Origin: a virus
IMG/VR virus record: IMGVR_UViG_3300002461_000046
Location: 1 to 43,027 of that record
Strand: one strand, 5' to 3'
Length of the DNA stretch: 43,027 bases
Made by a program: the position numbers and the translations under genes. The notes below the pieces were generated by a model that saw only the letters and a list, made by a program, of their open reading frames with translations, ran no database searches and had not been told where the DNA came from. Of the stretch, positions 32,401-42,263 are shown one piece after another. The stretch's first letter is position 1; every line of letters starts with the position of its first letter.

Positions 32401-33012
32401 ATGAAAGAACGAATCAAAGCTTATCTGGCTGATGGACTCAAAGCCGCAGATGTAGCTACTATTCTTGGCTGCTCCCCAGGCTATATCTCCCAGCTGATGA
32501 AAAATGAGAACTTCAAAGCTGAGGTGGAGCAAGCTCTTATCACCAATCAGAAGCCAGCTGATGAGGTCTTGGAGTCTCGCTACCAGTCTCTTGAGCATAA
32601 TATCGTCAAGCGGATGAACGAGGAGCTAGCTGGAGCTGAGATTGGTGACCTCACAAAAGCCCTTGACTCGGTTACTCGGGCTAATGATGCACGTTATAAG
32701 CGCAAGCATCCAGCAGCACAGCAGCCAGGCACTAACCTTACGCAAATTGCTCATATCTATCTGCCACAGCATGTCCTTCCTGCACCTGTAATGACTCTCA
32801 ATGAGCGTTCTGAGGTAGTAGCTATTGATAATAAACCTCTGGCTCCTATGTCTGCTGGTGGAGTTAAGGATCTGTTTGCCAGAATGACTGTCCAGAAGCT
32901 TACCGAGAACAATGTTAACGAATTCGAGGCACCTTCTAATGTCACAAGAACCAATTCTGTGGAAACCGCAGCCAATGAAAGTACCAGCCAAGTCTCCGCT
33001 TACGGAAAGTAA
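32401..33012 (+). CDS. terS: Terminase small subunit candidate (N-terminal HTH), 203 aa
   Basis: ADVATILGCSPGYISQLM HTH. Immediately upstream of terL. AAGGAG RBS. Confidence 0.6.
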   Translation: MKERIKAYLADGLKAADVATILGCSPGYISQLMKNENFKAEVEQALITNQKPADEVLESRYQSLEHNIVKRMNEELAGAEIGDLTKALDSVTRANDARYKRKHPAAQQPGTNLTQIAHIYLPQHVLPAPVMTLNERSEVVAIDNKPLAPMSAGGVKDLFARMTVQKLTENNVNEFEAPSNVTRTNSVETAANESTSQVSAYGK

Positions 33013-33081
33013 GCAAGTTGCGCTCTTGAAAGCCAGCTCTAAATTGGCTGCTCTCTTCAAGGCACCACCTAAGGACTCTAA

Positions 33082-34596
33082 ATGAGCGAGCTTGTAGCGG
33101 TAGAAGGCTCTACGGAAGCAGTACAAGCAGAAGTAAGTGCTCTTGCTGTAGATCTTACAGAGGCATATGAGCGTGGTAAGGTAGATATTAACTTCTTTGC
33201 AGCCATGATGCTGCCTACTGTTGTTATTTCTGCTCTACCTCCCTTCTATGTAGCCATCTTTAAGATGCTTACTAACAGGACTCCGGCCCAAATGCAGCGT
33301 ATTCTGCGTTTTGCGCTGGGGCTTCCGCGCGGTCATGCTAAGACTACCTTCATTAAGATTCTAATTGCTTGGCTTATTGCCTACGATAAGATCACATTTG
33401 CTGTTGTTATCTGTGCTAATGGCCCTCTCGCAGAAGAGCTTGTGTCAGACGTTTCTGAGATGCTAGGATCTGATAATGCTGAAGCAATTTATGGCCGTTG
33501 GACAGATCAGCTGTCTACTGATAACAAAGAACTTAAGAAAGCGCTCTATCACAACCGTAATATTATCATTGCAGCCAAAGGAGCTGACTCGGCTATTCGT
33601 GGTATCAACGTCAAACACAATAGACCGGACCTTATTTTCTGTGATGATGCTCAGACTAAGGAGTGTGATGACTCCCCTACTGAGTCTCTTAAGTTTCGTA
33701 AACGCTTAGTAGCCACCTTTAAGATTATTGCTCCTCGTGGTGATCGTCTTATCATCTATGTTGGTAACATGTACTCTGAGAACTGCATGTTGTTCCAGCT
33801 TAAGAATAACAGCAAGTGGATCTCCTTTATCACTGGTGCTATTCTAGAGAATGGTGAGCCCCTCTGGCCTGAACTGCACTCTTTAGAGGAACTCTTAGAC
33901 TCCTATATGCATGATCTGGAGCTAGGAGAAGCGGACGTCTGGTTTGCTGAGGTGATGAATGATCCTATTAGCAGGACATTATCTCTCATCGACGGATCTA
34001 TTCCAGACTGTCCTTATGAATTTGAAGAGGAAGTTCCTGATGGCGTATTCATTACAGTAGACCCTGCTGGATTTAGGCTAGCTTCCGACGATAACGTCAT
34101 TGCTGTTCACTATGTATATGATGGCAAAGGGACAATTCGTGAGATTAACGCTGGAGTCAAAGATCCAGAAGAACTTATTCTTGAGACTCTGCGTCTGGCT
34201 CTTAAGCACGGTGCTAGTCTTATTGGTATCGAAGACGCAGCATATCAGCAAACACTTCTCTTCTGGGTCAACAAGTACCTAAAGCTCTGGGGTCTAAGTG
34301 GCATTCACGTAGTTCCTCTGAAGCACAAGAACAGAAGCAAAGAGCAGCGTATTCGTCTATTTGTCGCAGAGATCAATGCCTCCAACTACTACATTCACAC
34401 TGAGGCCAGGGCAACGTGGCTTTGGCAGGCTATGAAGTATAAAATAGGCAAGGACAAAAATAAGGATGACATACTAGATGCAACAGCATACGGCTTAGAT
34501 GTACGCGCTGAGCACTGGCATCTGGTCACTAACCTTAGAAAAGCTGGCCTTTTCCTTGTATCACCCGGCGTTGTCGAAGATAACACCCCCTTTTAG
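33082..34596 (+). CDS. terL: Terminase large subunit, 504 aa
   Basis: Walker A-like GLPRGHAKTT, Walker B LIFCDD, C-terminal nuclease-type FITVDPAG and IGIEDAAYQ. Followed by the portal gene. Confidence 0.9.
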   Translation: MSELVAVEGSTEAVQAEVSALAVDLTEAYERGKVDINFFAAMMLPTVVISALPPFYVAIFKMLTNRTPAQMQRILRFALGLPRGHAKTTFIKILIAWLIAYDKITFAVVICANGPLAEELVSDVSEMLGSDNAEAIYGRWTDQLSTDNKELKKALYHNRNIIIAAKGADSAIRGINVKHNRPDLIFCDDAQTKECDDSPTESLKFRKRLVATFKIIAPRGDRLIIYVGNMYSENCMLFQLKNNSKWISFITGAILENGEPLWPELHSLEELLDSYMHDLELGEADVWFAEVMNDPISRTLSLIDGSIPDCPYEFEEEVPDGVFITVDPAGFRLASDDNVIAVHYVYDGKGTIREINAGVKDPEELILETLRLALKHGASLIGIEDAAYQQTLLFWVNKYLKLWGLSGIHVVPLKHKNRSKEQRIRLFVAEINASNYYIHTEARATWLWQAMKYKIGKDKNKDDILDATAYGLDVRAEHWHLVTNLRKAGLFLVSPGVVEDNTPF

Positions 34597-34603
34597 GATC
34601 ATT

Positions 34604-36574
34604 ATGGCAACCGTAAACACCTCTGTTATCAAGCTAAAGAAGGAATCTCAGCAGTCTTTGCTGAGCTTTGTGCGTCGTATTACGGAGTATCATGTCCAAA
34701 ATACCATTGATCTCCACAATAAGATGGACATTATCGACCGTGCATACGCTCGTTATACGGGTGATGCTGATACTATCATTACTGACGGTGGAGTTGACGT
34801 ACGTGCAGCTGATGTATCTTGTGATGTATTCAACAGCGGAGATAAGATCACTCCTCCTGTTGTTGTTTCTCAGGTAGATTCTTATGTGGCGTACCTTGCT
34901 GATGTCTTTTGCTCTGGTGTTCCTCTGTTTCCTGTTGTCTCATCTCCTAGTACTCGTGTTTGGGCCGAGCAACTTGAGACACTACTAGATGACCATGCTA
35001 GTCTTGGTGGTTACGCTCGTCAGCTTCTCATGTTCTTGCGCGATGGGGTCAAATATAATTACTCTGGACTGGAAGTAGACTGGGATTCTATTACCCAGTT
35101 CTCTACTCTGAGTGATTATATGAGTGGCACTGGTCAGAAGGTCTCTAATACAGACAAGTTCTTCAACCGTCTGAAGCGTATTAACCCTCGCAACATTATC
35201 CGGGACCCATCTGTTCTGCCGGGTGATGTAGCTGAGCATGGCGACTTTGTAGGTTATGTCGAGCGCCTCTCTATGACGCAGATGAAAAAGTACCTTATCA
35301 AGATGCAGAAGCAAGATAGGGCCTTCAACATCACAGAAGCTATGAACTCTGGTCATGTTATGGGTATGCATGATGGTACTCATGTCTATACAGAGAATCC
35401 ACAGATCAGCGAATATGTGACCAAGGATGGTTACACTAATCGTCGTGGCATAGACTGGGACGCCTACGCATCTGGTAGCAATAACCTTAAGAAGAAGAAC
35501 CCGTCATTCGGTAATCAGTACGAGAAAGTTGTCTTGTATGCTCGGATTATCCCTTCTGACCATGGCATTGTTAGCCCTCAGCCTAATACTCCACAAATCT
35601 GGCGTATCGTCGTGGTTAATAACCAGTTCGTTGTGGCAGCTCATAGGATCATTAGTGCTTATGATTATCTTCCGATTCTTATTGGGCAGCCAATGGAAGA
35701 TGGCTTCGGTGATCAAACTCAGTCTGTAGCAGAAGGAGAGATTCCATTCCAAGAAGGCGCTTCTAAGCTCTTTAACATTAGGTTTGCTGCTGCACGTAGG
35801 GCTGTCTCTGATCGAGCACTCTATAACAGCAACGTTATTAAAGCAAAGGATGTCAACTCTAAAGCTGCTGCTCCTAAGATTCCTGTCAACATCTCCCCAC
35901 TGACTCCGGGAATGACTCTAAGCTCTGTATATCAGCAGATTCCTTTTGATATGCGAGGCACTGAGACTACTATCAATGACGCTCAGGTTATGATTGGCTT
36001 CTCTAAGGAGCTGCATGGTCTTAATAATGCCAAGATGGGCCAGTTCCAGAAGGGTAATAAGAGCGTAACGGAGTGGAATGATACTATGGGTGGAGCTGAT
36101 AATCGGCTTCGTCTGCCGGCCCTTGTCCTAGAGTATCAAGTCTTTGCGCCTCTTAAGTCTATAATGACTCTTAACATCTTTCAGAACGGAGAGAATGTTG
36201 AACTTATTTCTCAGAAGACTGGCGAGGTTGTTAAGATCGACATCAATGAGCTTCGCAAGCATGTCCTTAGCTTTAAGCTGGCTGATGGCTACTCGCCTAA
36301 GTCTAAGATTGCTTCTACTGACATGATTGCGCAGGGTATGCAAATGATCGGTCAGTCTCAGATCCTGCAACAAAGCTTCGGTGCCTCTCTGCCTGGAATG
36401 TTCATTCACCTTATGTCTCTCGGCGGCGTCAAAGGTCTTGAGGAGTATGATCCTTCTAAGGCTGCTGCTACTCAAGCGCCTCCTGGCCTGCAAGATGCTT
36501 CTCTCCAAGCGCTACAAGCTGGTATGCAACCTCAACCTACTGCTCCTATGCAGCCTAACCCAGAGCTACCATGA
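34604..36574 (+). CDS. Portal protein, 656 aa. Start moved to MATVNTSV.
   Basis: ATG 34604 follows AGGA just after the terL stop. Size and position (terL-portal-scaffold-capsid). Confidence 0.8.
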   Translation: MATVNTSVIKLKKESQQSLLSFVRRITEYHVQNTIDLHNKMDIIDRAYARYTGDADTIITDGGVDVRAADVSCDVFNSGDKITPPVVVSQVDSYVAYLADVFCSGVPLFPVVSSPSTRVWAEQLETLLDDHASLGGYARQLLMFLRDGVKYNYSGLEVDWDSITQFSTLSDYMSGTGQKVSNTDKFFNRLKRINPRNIIRDPSVLPGDVAEHGDFVGYVERLSMTQMKKYLIKMQKQDRAFNITEAMNSGHVMGMHDGTHVYTENPQISEYVTKDGYTNRRGIDWDAYASGSNNLKKKNPSFGNQYEKVVLYARIIPSDHGIVSPQPNTPQIWRIVVVNNQFVVAAHRIISAYDYLPILIGQPMEDGFGDQTQSVAEGEIPFQEGASKLFNIRFAAARRAVSDRALYNSNVIKAKDVNSKAAAPKIPVNISPLTPGMTLSSVYQQIPFDMRGTETTINDAQVMIGFSKELHGLNNAKMGQFQKGNKSVTEWNDTMGGADNRLRLPALVLEYQVFAPLKSIMTLNIFQNGENVELISQKTGEVVKIDINELRKHVLSFKLADGYSPKSKIASTDMIAQGMQMIGQSQILQQSFGASLPGMFIHLMSLGGVKGLEEYDPSKAAATQAPPGLQDASLQALQAGMQPQPTAPMQPNPELP

Positions 36575-36828
36575 AAATCTTTCCTGATCAAGTCTTAAGC
36601 GAGACTGAAGAAACTATTATTGCTGAGAAGCTTTCTGATCCAGCAGTCAAGAAGTGGCTTCACATCCTCGCTTACAATGTAGGCAAGTCTATCCTTCTAT
36701 CTTCCCCCGGTGAGGGGCAGACAGATGAACAGTATCTCCGCGGTCTAGCTAACGCGAAGGGGCAGTTGAGTGTCATTGACACAATTCTGAGCTTTGAACA
36801 AGCTAAACAAAACGACGCAAGTCAATAA
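36571..36828 (+). CDS. Hypothetical head-module protein, 85 aa
   Basis: ATGA overlap with the portal stop. Confidence 0.7.
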   Translation: MKIFPDQVLSETEETIIAEKLSDPAVKKWLHILAYNVGKSILLSSPGEGQTDEQYLRGLANAKGQLSVIDTILSFEQAKQNDASQ

Positions 36829-36854
36829 TTTTTTAATCTCTAGGAGCTTTTATC

Positions 36855-37619
36855 ATGTCCGGTTTCTTCGAATCTGTTGGTCTTACTAAGCCTGCCGCAG
36901 CACCTGTCCAACAACCTGCTCAACAGCAGAATAGTCAGCAACCTGGTGGCCAGCAAGGAGCTAATACTTCTGCTCAGCTTCCTGCTGGAGCTAATCAACC
37001 TAATGGCAATCCTACTCCGAACAGCAATGTCAATGGATCCAACCAAGCAGTTGATCCGATGGCAGCTTATGCTACAATGTTCACTAACAATCCAGATAAG
37101 CAAGGAGAAGTAGCTCCTTCATTTACTATTGACGGTAAAGTACTTGATACTGTTACTGGCCAATTGGATTTTACGAAGAACGTTCCTCAGGACCTTATGC
37201 AGAAGGCTATGGGCGGTGACATGAAGTCCTTTATGGATATCATGAATCACGTTGGACGTGAAGCTTATCGCAACTCGCTTACTCATAGCAGCGCAATGAC
37301 AGATAAGTTTGTCGGTATGCGCGAAGAATTCAACGGTAAACGTCTCCCAGGTATGGTTCGTGAAGAGCTTACTATGGGGGAGATTACCGGTGGTGCCGGG
37401 GCTAAGAGTCCCATTGTTCGTCAACAACTCGTGGAGATTGCTAAGAAGTATCAAGCAGCTAATCCCGACGCGTCACCCCAACAGGTGGCAGCAGCGGCTA
37501 AGCAATATGTTGCTGATCTTTATGGAGCACTCAACCCGGAAACTTCTCCTGCTGCACAAGCTAAGAATAACCAAGCTCAGACTACTGACTGGGATTCTTA
37601 TTTTGATGCAAATATGTAA
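36855..37619 (+). CDS. Scaffolding protein candidate, 254 aa
   Basis: Lies between portal and capsid genes. Q/N/P/A-rich low-complexity N-terminus and helical remainder. AGGAG RBS. Confidence 0.6.
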   Translation: MSGFFESVGLTKPAAAPVQQPAQQQNSQQPGGQQGANTSAQLPAGANQPNGNPTPNSNVNGSNQAVDPMAAYATMFTNNPDKQGEVAPSFTIDGKVLDTVTGQLDFTKNVPQDLMQKAMGGDMKSFMDIMNHVGREAYRNSLTHSSAMTDKFVGMREEFNGKRLPGMVREELTMGEITGGAGAKSPIVRQQLVEIAKKYQAANPDASPQQVAAAAKQYVADLYGALNPETSPAAQAKNNQAQTTDWDSYFDANM

Positions 37620-37645
37620 ATCCTCTTTTTATAGGAATCTGTATC

Positions 37646-38851
37646 ATGTCCGTGTTCCAATCTGGCGTTTTTAACGCATCTACTGGCAACCCCGCAGAAC
37701 TTAATGCTCGCTCGTTTGCAGGCACTATTCTGCGTCGTTTCCCTAATGGCTCTGCTCCTATCTTCGGTCTGACTTCTATGTCAGGTCGTAGCCGGGCTAA
37801 GAGTGCTACTCATGGCTACTTCAGCAAGACGATGCTCTTCGTTACGCTGGTGTCGGCTGCTGCCCTCGTTGGCGCTACTACCCTCGTGGTGGGTTCTACT
37901 GTCGGCGTTACTGCTGGCATGGTGTTGCATAATCCACGCACACAAGAGAACGTTCGCGTTACGGCTGTTGTGAACGCTACTGATCTTACGATCACCCGTG
38001 CATTCGGTCGTGTTGCAGCAGCTGCTATTAACTTGAGTGACGCTTGGATTCAGGTCGGTACTGCATTCGAAGAAGGTTCTAATCGTCCTACGGCTCGCCG
38101 TATGTCGACTGTGTACGTTGCTAACTACACGCAGATCTTCCGTAATGCTTGGGCTTTGACTGACACTGCTCGTGCTTCTGTTGCTGAGATGGGTTATAGC
38201 AACATTGCCGAGAGCCGTCAGGATTGCATGAGCTTCCATTCTGTGGATATTGAGTCGGCTCTGATCTGGGGCCAGGCTAAGATGGACACGACTGGAGCTA
38301 CTCCGATTCACTCGACCCAAGGTATCTTGGATGCTATTGAGCAGTACGCACCTGCTAACAGCAATACCGCAGCAGCTACGACTTCGTATTCTCAGCTGGT
38401 TACGCTGGTGGAGCCTGCCTTCACTTCCTCTGCTAACGTCGGCAATCCTAAGGGACGTGTGCTGGTGGGTGATAACACGGCAATCAAAGTTATTACTGAC
38501 ATCGGTCGCAAGTCTGGTCAAGTGCAGATTATGCAGAACGAAACCCAGTTCGGTATGAAGTACACCAGCTTCTCTATGTACCAAGGTACTCTGGATCTGG
38601 TGATTCACCCGCTGCTGAATGGCCTGGATCGTGAAGGTATGGCTCTTATTCTGGACATGCCAGCCATTAAGTTGGCTTACATGGACGGGCGAGATACCAA
38701 GCCAGAAGATTACAACACTGGCGGCAAGATCGTGGAGAGCGGTGTGGATGCTGTGGGCGGTTCGCTGACTACTGAATTGGCTGTCGAGCTTATCAACCCC
38801 TACGCTTGCGCAGTGATTTATGGCTTGACCGCAGGTGTCGCTGGCGCCTAA
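37646..38851 (+). CDS. Major capsid protein, 401 aa
   Basis: Position after the scaffold, size, and a strong hairpin directly downstream. AGGAA RBS. Confidence 0.8.
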   Translation: MSVFQSGVFNASTGNPAELNARSFAGTILRRFPNGSAPIFGLTSMSGRSRAKSATHGYFSKTMLFVTLVSAAALVGATTLVVGSTVGVTAGMVLHNPRTQENVRVTAVVNATDLTITRAFGRVAAAAINLSDAWIQVGTAFEEGSNRPTARRMSTVYVANYTQIFRNAWALTDTARASVAEMGYSNIAESRQDCMSFHSVDIESALIWGQAKMDTTGATPIHSTQGILDAIEQYAPANSNTAAATTSYSQLVTLVEPAFTSSANVGNPKGRVLVGDNTAIKVITDIGRKSGQVQIMQNETQFGMKYTSFSMYQGTLDLVIHPLLNGLDREGMALILDMPAIKLAYMDGRDTKPEDYNTGGKIVESGVDAVGGSLTTELAVELINPYACAVIYGLTAGVAGA

Positions 38852-38881
38852 TAGTTTCATGGTGAGTTAGCCGTTTTGGCA

Positions 38882-38938
38882 CCCTGCTACTCTATCCAGT
38901 TGGCTCCTCTGGGAACAATTAGAGTAGTAGGGCTTTTG
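38882..38938 (+). terminator. Long stem-loop after the capsid gene (partial terminator or mRNA stabiliser)
   Basis: 13-bp stem ccctgctactcta (38882-38894) / tagagtagtaggg (38920-38932) with one G-U pair, then cTTTTg. Confidence 0.55.
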
Positions 38939-38955
38939 CAATATAGGAGAATATC

Positions 38956-39309
38956 ATGGGAATTTCTGAGCTTCTAGCTAAAAAAGCTGCCGCCGATGCA
39001 GCAACAGCATCCGTACAGCCTAAGATTCTAGCTGGTGTCGAAGGTTCTGTAGCAGCGCAACCACCTGCTCCTAAGGAACCAGAGACTGCAAGCAGTGCGG
39101 GCGAAGATCTTGCTAAGCAATACAAAGGTTATCCTGAGGGATCATACCTTATGCTGCGACAAAAGCATCTGATCCTGGCCTCTGGCGCTAAGGTCAAAGC
39201 TGACAAGCTCGGAGTCATTACTCCGGCCAACGAAGAAGAGAAGAAGATTCTCGAGTATCTACTGAAACAAGACCGAGGCCTCGTAGCCTTGATCCCAACT
39301 GAGGAATAA
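38956..39309 (+). CDS. Hypothetical head/neck-module protein, 117 aa
   Basis: ORF with AGGAG RBS. Confidence 0.7.
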   Translation: MGISELLAKKAAADAATASVQPKILAGVEGSVAAQPPAPKEPETASSAGEDLAKQYKGYPEGSYLMLRQKHLILASGAKVKADKLGVITPANEEEKKILEYLLKQDRGLVALIPTEE

Positions 39310-39312
39310 GTC

Positions 39313-39885
39313 ATGAACTTCACGGCTATTGTCACTGAGATTCTGAGCATGACCAAACGCCCAGACAAGATTAATGACATTCGCCGTGAGGTGAATGCCG
39401 CTATCCTCTATTACTCTTCTGAGAGTGACTACCGTAGAGACTTGGTGGAGACGTCTATTGTAATCACACCAGCTGGCTACGAACGTATTCTTAAGCTCTC
39501 AGAACTTACACGCTTTCGTAAAGTCTCCTACATCAAATACGCAGGCACTCGTGTTTATGTAGAAGAACTAGACAGTCTCAAGCTTACCAAAGATTGTGAT
39601 CTGGTCAATAAATGGTATCTCTCTGGGGATGCTATTAACATTAAGCTAAGAAGCTCAGCCGCTGCATTGGACTTCGGCTATTATCGTTACCCAGAATATA
39701 AGACTGATCTGCTTCCAAACTACTGGATGCTAGATGGCAACTGGAATGCTATTCTAGAACGTGCAGCTTCTGCTGTTTTTAACGATATTGGCGACACTGG
39801 ATCATCTCAGGTCTCAGCTCGCAAAGCTTTGGAGGCTGCCAATATCTTCAGAAATGATAACACACGTGGAAGCCAGCATGACTGA
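39313..39885 (+). CDS. Virion structural protein, 190 aa (adaptor or tail-tube-A-sized candidate)
   Basis: ORF with GAGGAA RBS. The assignment is by position and size only. Confidence 0.5.
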   Translation: MNFTAIVTEILSMTKRPDKINDIRREVNAAILYYSSESDYRRDLVETSIVITPAGYERILKLSELTRFRKVSYIKYAGTRVYVEELDSLKLTKDCDLVNKWYLSGDAINIKLRSSAAALDFGYYRYPEYKTDLLPNYWMLDGNWNAILERAASAVFNDIGDTGSSQVSARKALEAANIFRNDNTRGSQHD

Positions 39886-40135
39886 CTCAGAAATCGATAG
39901 TAACTTTGCTCAGCTTCGTGAAGATATTAAATCCATTGATGAAAAGCTGCAAGTAAGAGAAGCCACAGAGCGCGAGCTGCTAGAGATGTACACTAACATC
40001 AAGGGCTTCATGCGAGTTATGAGCTGGGTAGAATATTGCTCAGTGTGGATAGCTAAGATGAGTGTGGCTGCTGGCATTCTCTGGTTCCTTTTCCGCGAAT
40101 CTGTTAAAGAAGCTATCAAGAAAACTGGAGAATAG
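39878..40135 (+). CDS. Small tail-anchored membrane protein, 85 aa. Start moved to MTDSEIDS.
   Basis: ATGACTGA overlap with the upstream stop. Coiled-coil-like N-terminus and one C-terminal hydrophobic helix MSVAAGILWFLF. Confidence 0.6.
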   Translation: MTDSEIDSNFAQLREDIKSIDEKLQVREATERELLEMYTNIKGFMRVMSWVEYCSVWIAKMSVAAGILWFLFRESVKEAIKKTGE

Positions 40136-40136
40136 A

Positions 40137-40334
40137 ATGAGCTACTCTAGCCCAGATTATGCTAAGAAGAAAGGCGGAGGAGGTAGTGGTGGTCTGTCTG
40201 TGTCAGACATTATTGCTGCTATCTCCGTACCTTATTATGAGCCTATGATGGCAGAATTTGGGCTAGTGCTTTCTAGCGCAGGTGATCTCATGATGGGCCG
40301 GCAAGATAACATTGCATTGCAATCAAACTCGTAA
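40137..40334 (+). CDS. Small hypothetical protein, 65 aa (Gly-rich KKKGGGGSGG). Start moved to MSYSSPDY.
   Basis: ATG 40137 lies one nt after the upstream TAG. Confidence 0.55.
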   Translation: MSYSSPDYAKKKGGGGSGGLSVSDIIAAISVPYYEPMMAEFGLVLSSAGDLMMGRQDNIALQSNS

Positions 40335-40342
40335 GGAACATC

Positions 40343-41014
40343 ATGTTTCATAAAAATGCCCTAGTAGGCGACATTCACATTGTAAATAACTGGACAGTGG
40401 CTGATCCTACTGCCCTTGCTGCTCTGACTCCAGTTGCAGGTGATGTTGGCAAGATTGCATTACAAGTTGCGCCATTTGCTCTGTTTGTTCTCCAAAAAGA
40501 AGTCGGACCTACGTGGGTATCTCTGACTGCACTGACGACTTCTCTAGCCGCCGGATCTGTTACTATTTCAGATTCAGGCGGCTATTTTACTGGAGCAGAC
40601 GTTGAGGCAGCACTGCAAAAGCTTGGCGCAGATATTGCTATCCTAAACACCAGAAGCACTCAGTGCATTCCTATTGCTTGCAGTGACGAAGCTACTGCCC
40701 TCACAACTGGGACTGCTAAAGTAACATTTAGGATGCCTTACGGATTTACGCTAACTGCTGTCCGTGCCTCTGTTACAACAGCTCCAACAGGCTCTGTGCT
40801 AACGGTGGACATAAATGAAAACGGCTTTAGTATTCTTTCTACTAAGCTTACTATTGACGCAACAGAAAAGACTAGTACTACTGCTGCCGCCGCTGCTGTT
40901 ATTAGTGACGCTGCACTGGGTGATGATTCTGAGATTACTATTGACATAGACACTGTAGGCAGTACTATTGCAGGAGCTGGCCTTAAAGTCTATCTTATTG
41001 GAGTTAGAACATGA
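40343..41014 (+). CDS. Tail fibre / receptor-binding module protein candidate, 223 aa
   Basis: AAGGAA RBS. Thr/Ala-rich beta-type sequence. ATGA-coupled to the LamG-domain gene. Confidence 0.5.
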   Translation: MFHKNALVGDIHIVNNWTVADPTALAALTPVAGDVGKIALQVAPFALFVLQKEVGPTWVSLTALTTSLAAGSVTISDSGGYFTGADVEAALQKLGADIAILNTRSTQCIPIACSDEATALTTGTAKVTFRMPYGFTLTAVRASVTTAPTGSVLTVDINENGFSILSTKLTIDATEKTSTTAAAAAVISDAALGDDSEITIDIDTVGSTIAGAGLKVYLIGVRT

Positions 41015-41751
41015 TCTCTAGAAATACTAGTATTGAAGCTGCTTTGAAAAGTAAGCAGCGCGGCATGCTGCTAAATCCCTTTAGATTCGGAGCTGCCTCT
41101 GGAGGTTTTCCTACTACTGGTTTAGTAGCTTATTACAGACTACAAGGTGACGCTAACGATGCTACTCCTGCAGGTCGTAATGCTATTTCTACAACCGGAA
41201 TAAGCTATGCCGCTGCTAAAAATGGGAATGGTGGAGTATTTACTGCAGCTACCCCTGTAAGTATTACACTACCTAACACAGCTAAACTTCCTGATGATTA
41301 TACCATAGCTGCTTGGGTAAAAGCAAGTGTGCTTAATCCACCTTCAGGTGCTCATGTTCTTTATGCAGACTGGTCAGGAGGCGGAAGAAACATTCTAGTA
41401 GTTCAAGTAGCCGGTGGAAATATTGAGTACACTAATGGAAATGGAGGATCTCTTAGTGACCCCTTACTTTTAGTGCCTGGGGTTCTTAACACTAGCACTT
41501 ATACTTTCGTGGCTATCCGCAGAATTGGCAGTACTATTTCTCTCTGGAAAGATGGGGCTTTAGCAGCTACTTATGTAGGAGCTTATTCAGGTTCTACGAC
41601 AGGAAATAACTGGAGAATTGGAGCTGATAATTCTAACTCAGCTTCTTTTGGATTTGATGGTATCATAGATGAGCTGGGTCTATGGGATATAGGACTTAGC
41701 CCTACTCAGCTTACTAATTTGTACAACGCAGGCGCGGGCTTGTTTTATTGA
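41011..41751 (+). CDS. LamG / concanavalin-A-like jelly-roll domain protein (fibre or receptor-binding), 246 aa
   Basis: GLVAYYRLQGDANDATPAGRN ... TIAAWVKAS ... FDGIIDELGLWDIGLSPTQLTNLYNAG is the classic Laminin_G_3 signature. Confidence 0.75.
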   Translation: MISRNTSIEAALKSKQRGMLLNPFRFGAASGGFPTTGLVAYYRLQGDANDATPAGRNAISTTGISYAAAKNGNGGVFTAATPVSITLPNTAKLPDDYTIAAWVKASVLNPPSGAHVLYADWSGGGRNILVVQVAGGNIEYTNGNGGSLSDPLLLVPGVLNTSTYTFVAIRRIGSTISLWKDGALAATYVGAYSGSTTGNNWRIGADNSNSASFGFDGIIDELGLWDIGLSPTQLTNLYNAGAGLFY

Positions 41752-41760
41752 AAAGATCCT

Positions 41761-42243
41761 ATGTCTACATTTAAAATCGTGATTGATCGAGTTCTTGGCC
41801 ATGAAGGTGGCTACGTTAATGATTTCAATGATCCCGGTGGCGAGACTAATTGGGGCATTTCAAAGCGTAGCTATCCTAACGTGGATATCAAGAACCTTAC
41901 TAGAGATCAGGCAGTGGCTATCTACTTCCGTGACTTCTGGACTCCTATTAAAGGTGAGAGGTTGCATGATGGCACGGCGTACCAGCTTATGGATTCTGCA
42001 GTTAATTCTGGTATTGCTCAATCTATTCGTTTTCTTCAGCGTGCTCTTGATGTAGCAGATGATGGCCACTTTGGTCCTAACTCTCTTAAGGCTTCTGAAG
42101 CTATGAGCGAGTCCGACCAGATTATGCGCTTTAACGCTGAGCGTATCGAGTTCATGACTAAGCTCAAGAACTGGAAGTATCATGGAGCTGGCTGGATGCG
42201 TAGGATTGCAGGTAACTTGCGCTACGGCGCTATTGATTCTTAA
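41761..42243 (+). CDS. Endolysin, GH108 N-acetylmuramidase with C-terminal PG_binding_3-type domain, 160 aa
   Basis: VLGHEGGYVNDFNDPGGETNWGIS (GH108 EGGY motif) and DGHFGPNSLKA. Confidence 0.85.
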   Translation: MSTFKIVIDRVLGHEGGYVNDFNDPGGETNWGISKRSYPNVDIKNLTRDQAVAIYFRDFWTPIKGERLHDGTAYQLMDSAVNSGIAQSIRFLQRALDVADDGHFGPNSLKASEAMSESDQIMRFNAERIEFMTKLKNWKYHGAGWMRRIAGNLRYGAIDS

Positions 42244-42263
42244 GAACCTTTAGAAAGAAAAAT

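Noticed and set aside
32854-38468. Three E. coli Chi octamers (GCTGGTGG) at 32854, 38404 and 38461, all on the plus strand, with none seen on the minus strand.
   Set aside because: The host is unknown, and three hits against roughly 0.7 expected per strand is not compelling. All three lie in coding sequence, where the codon bias (GCT, GGT) favours the octamer.
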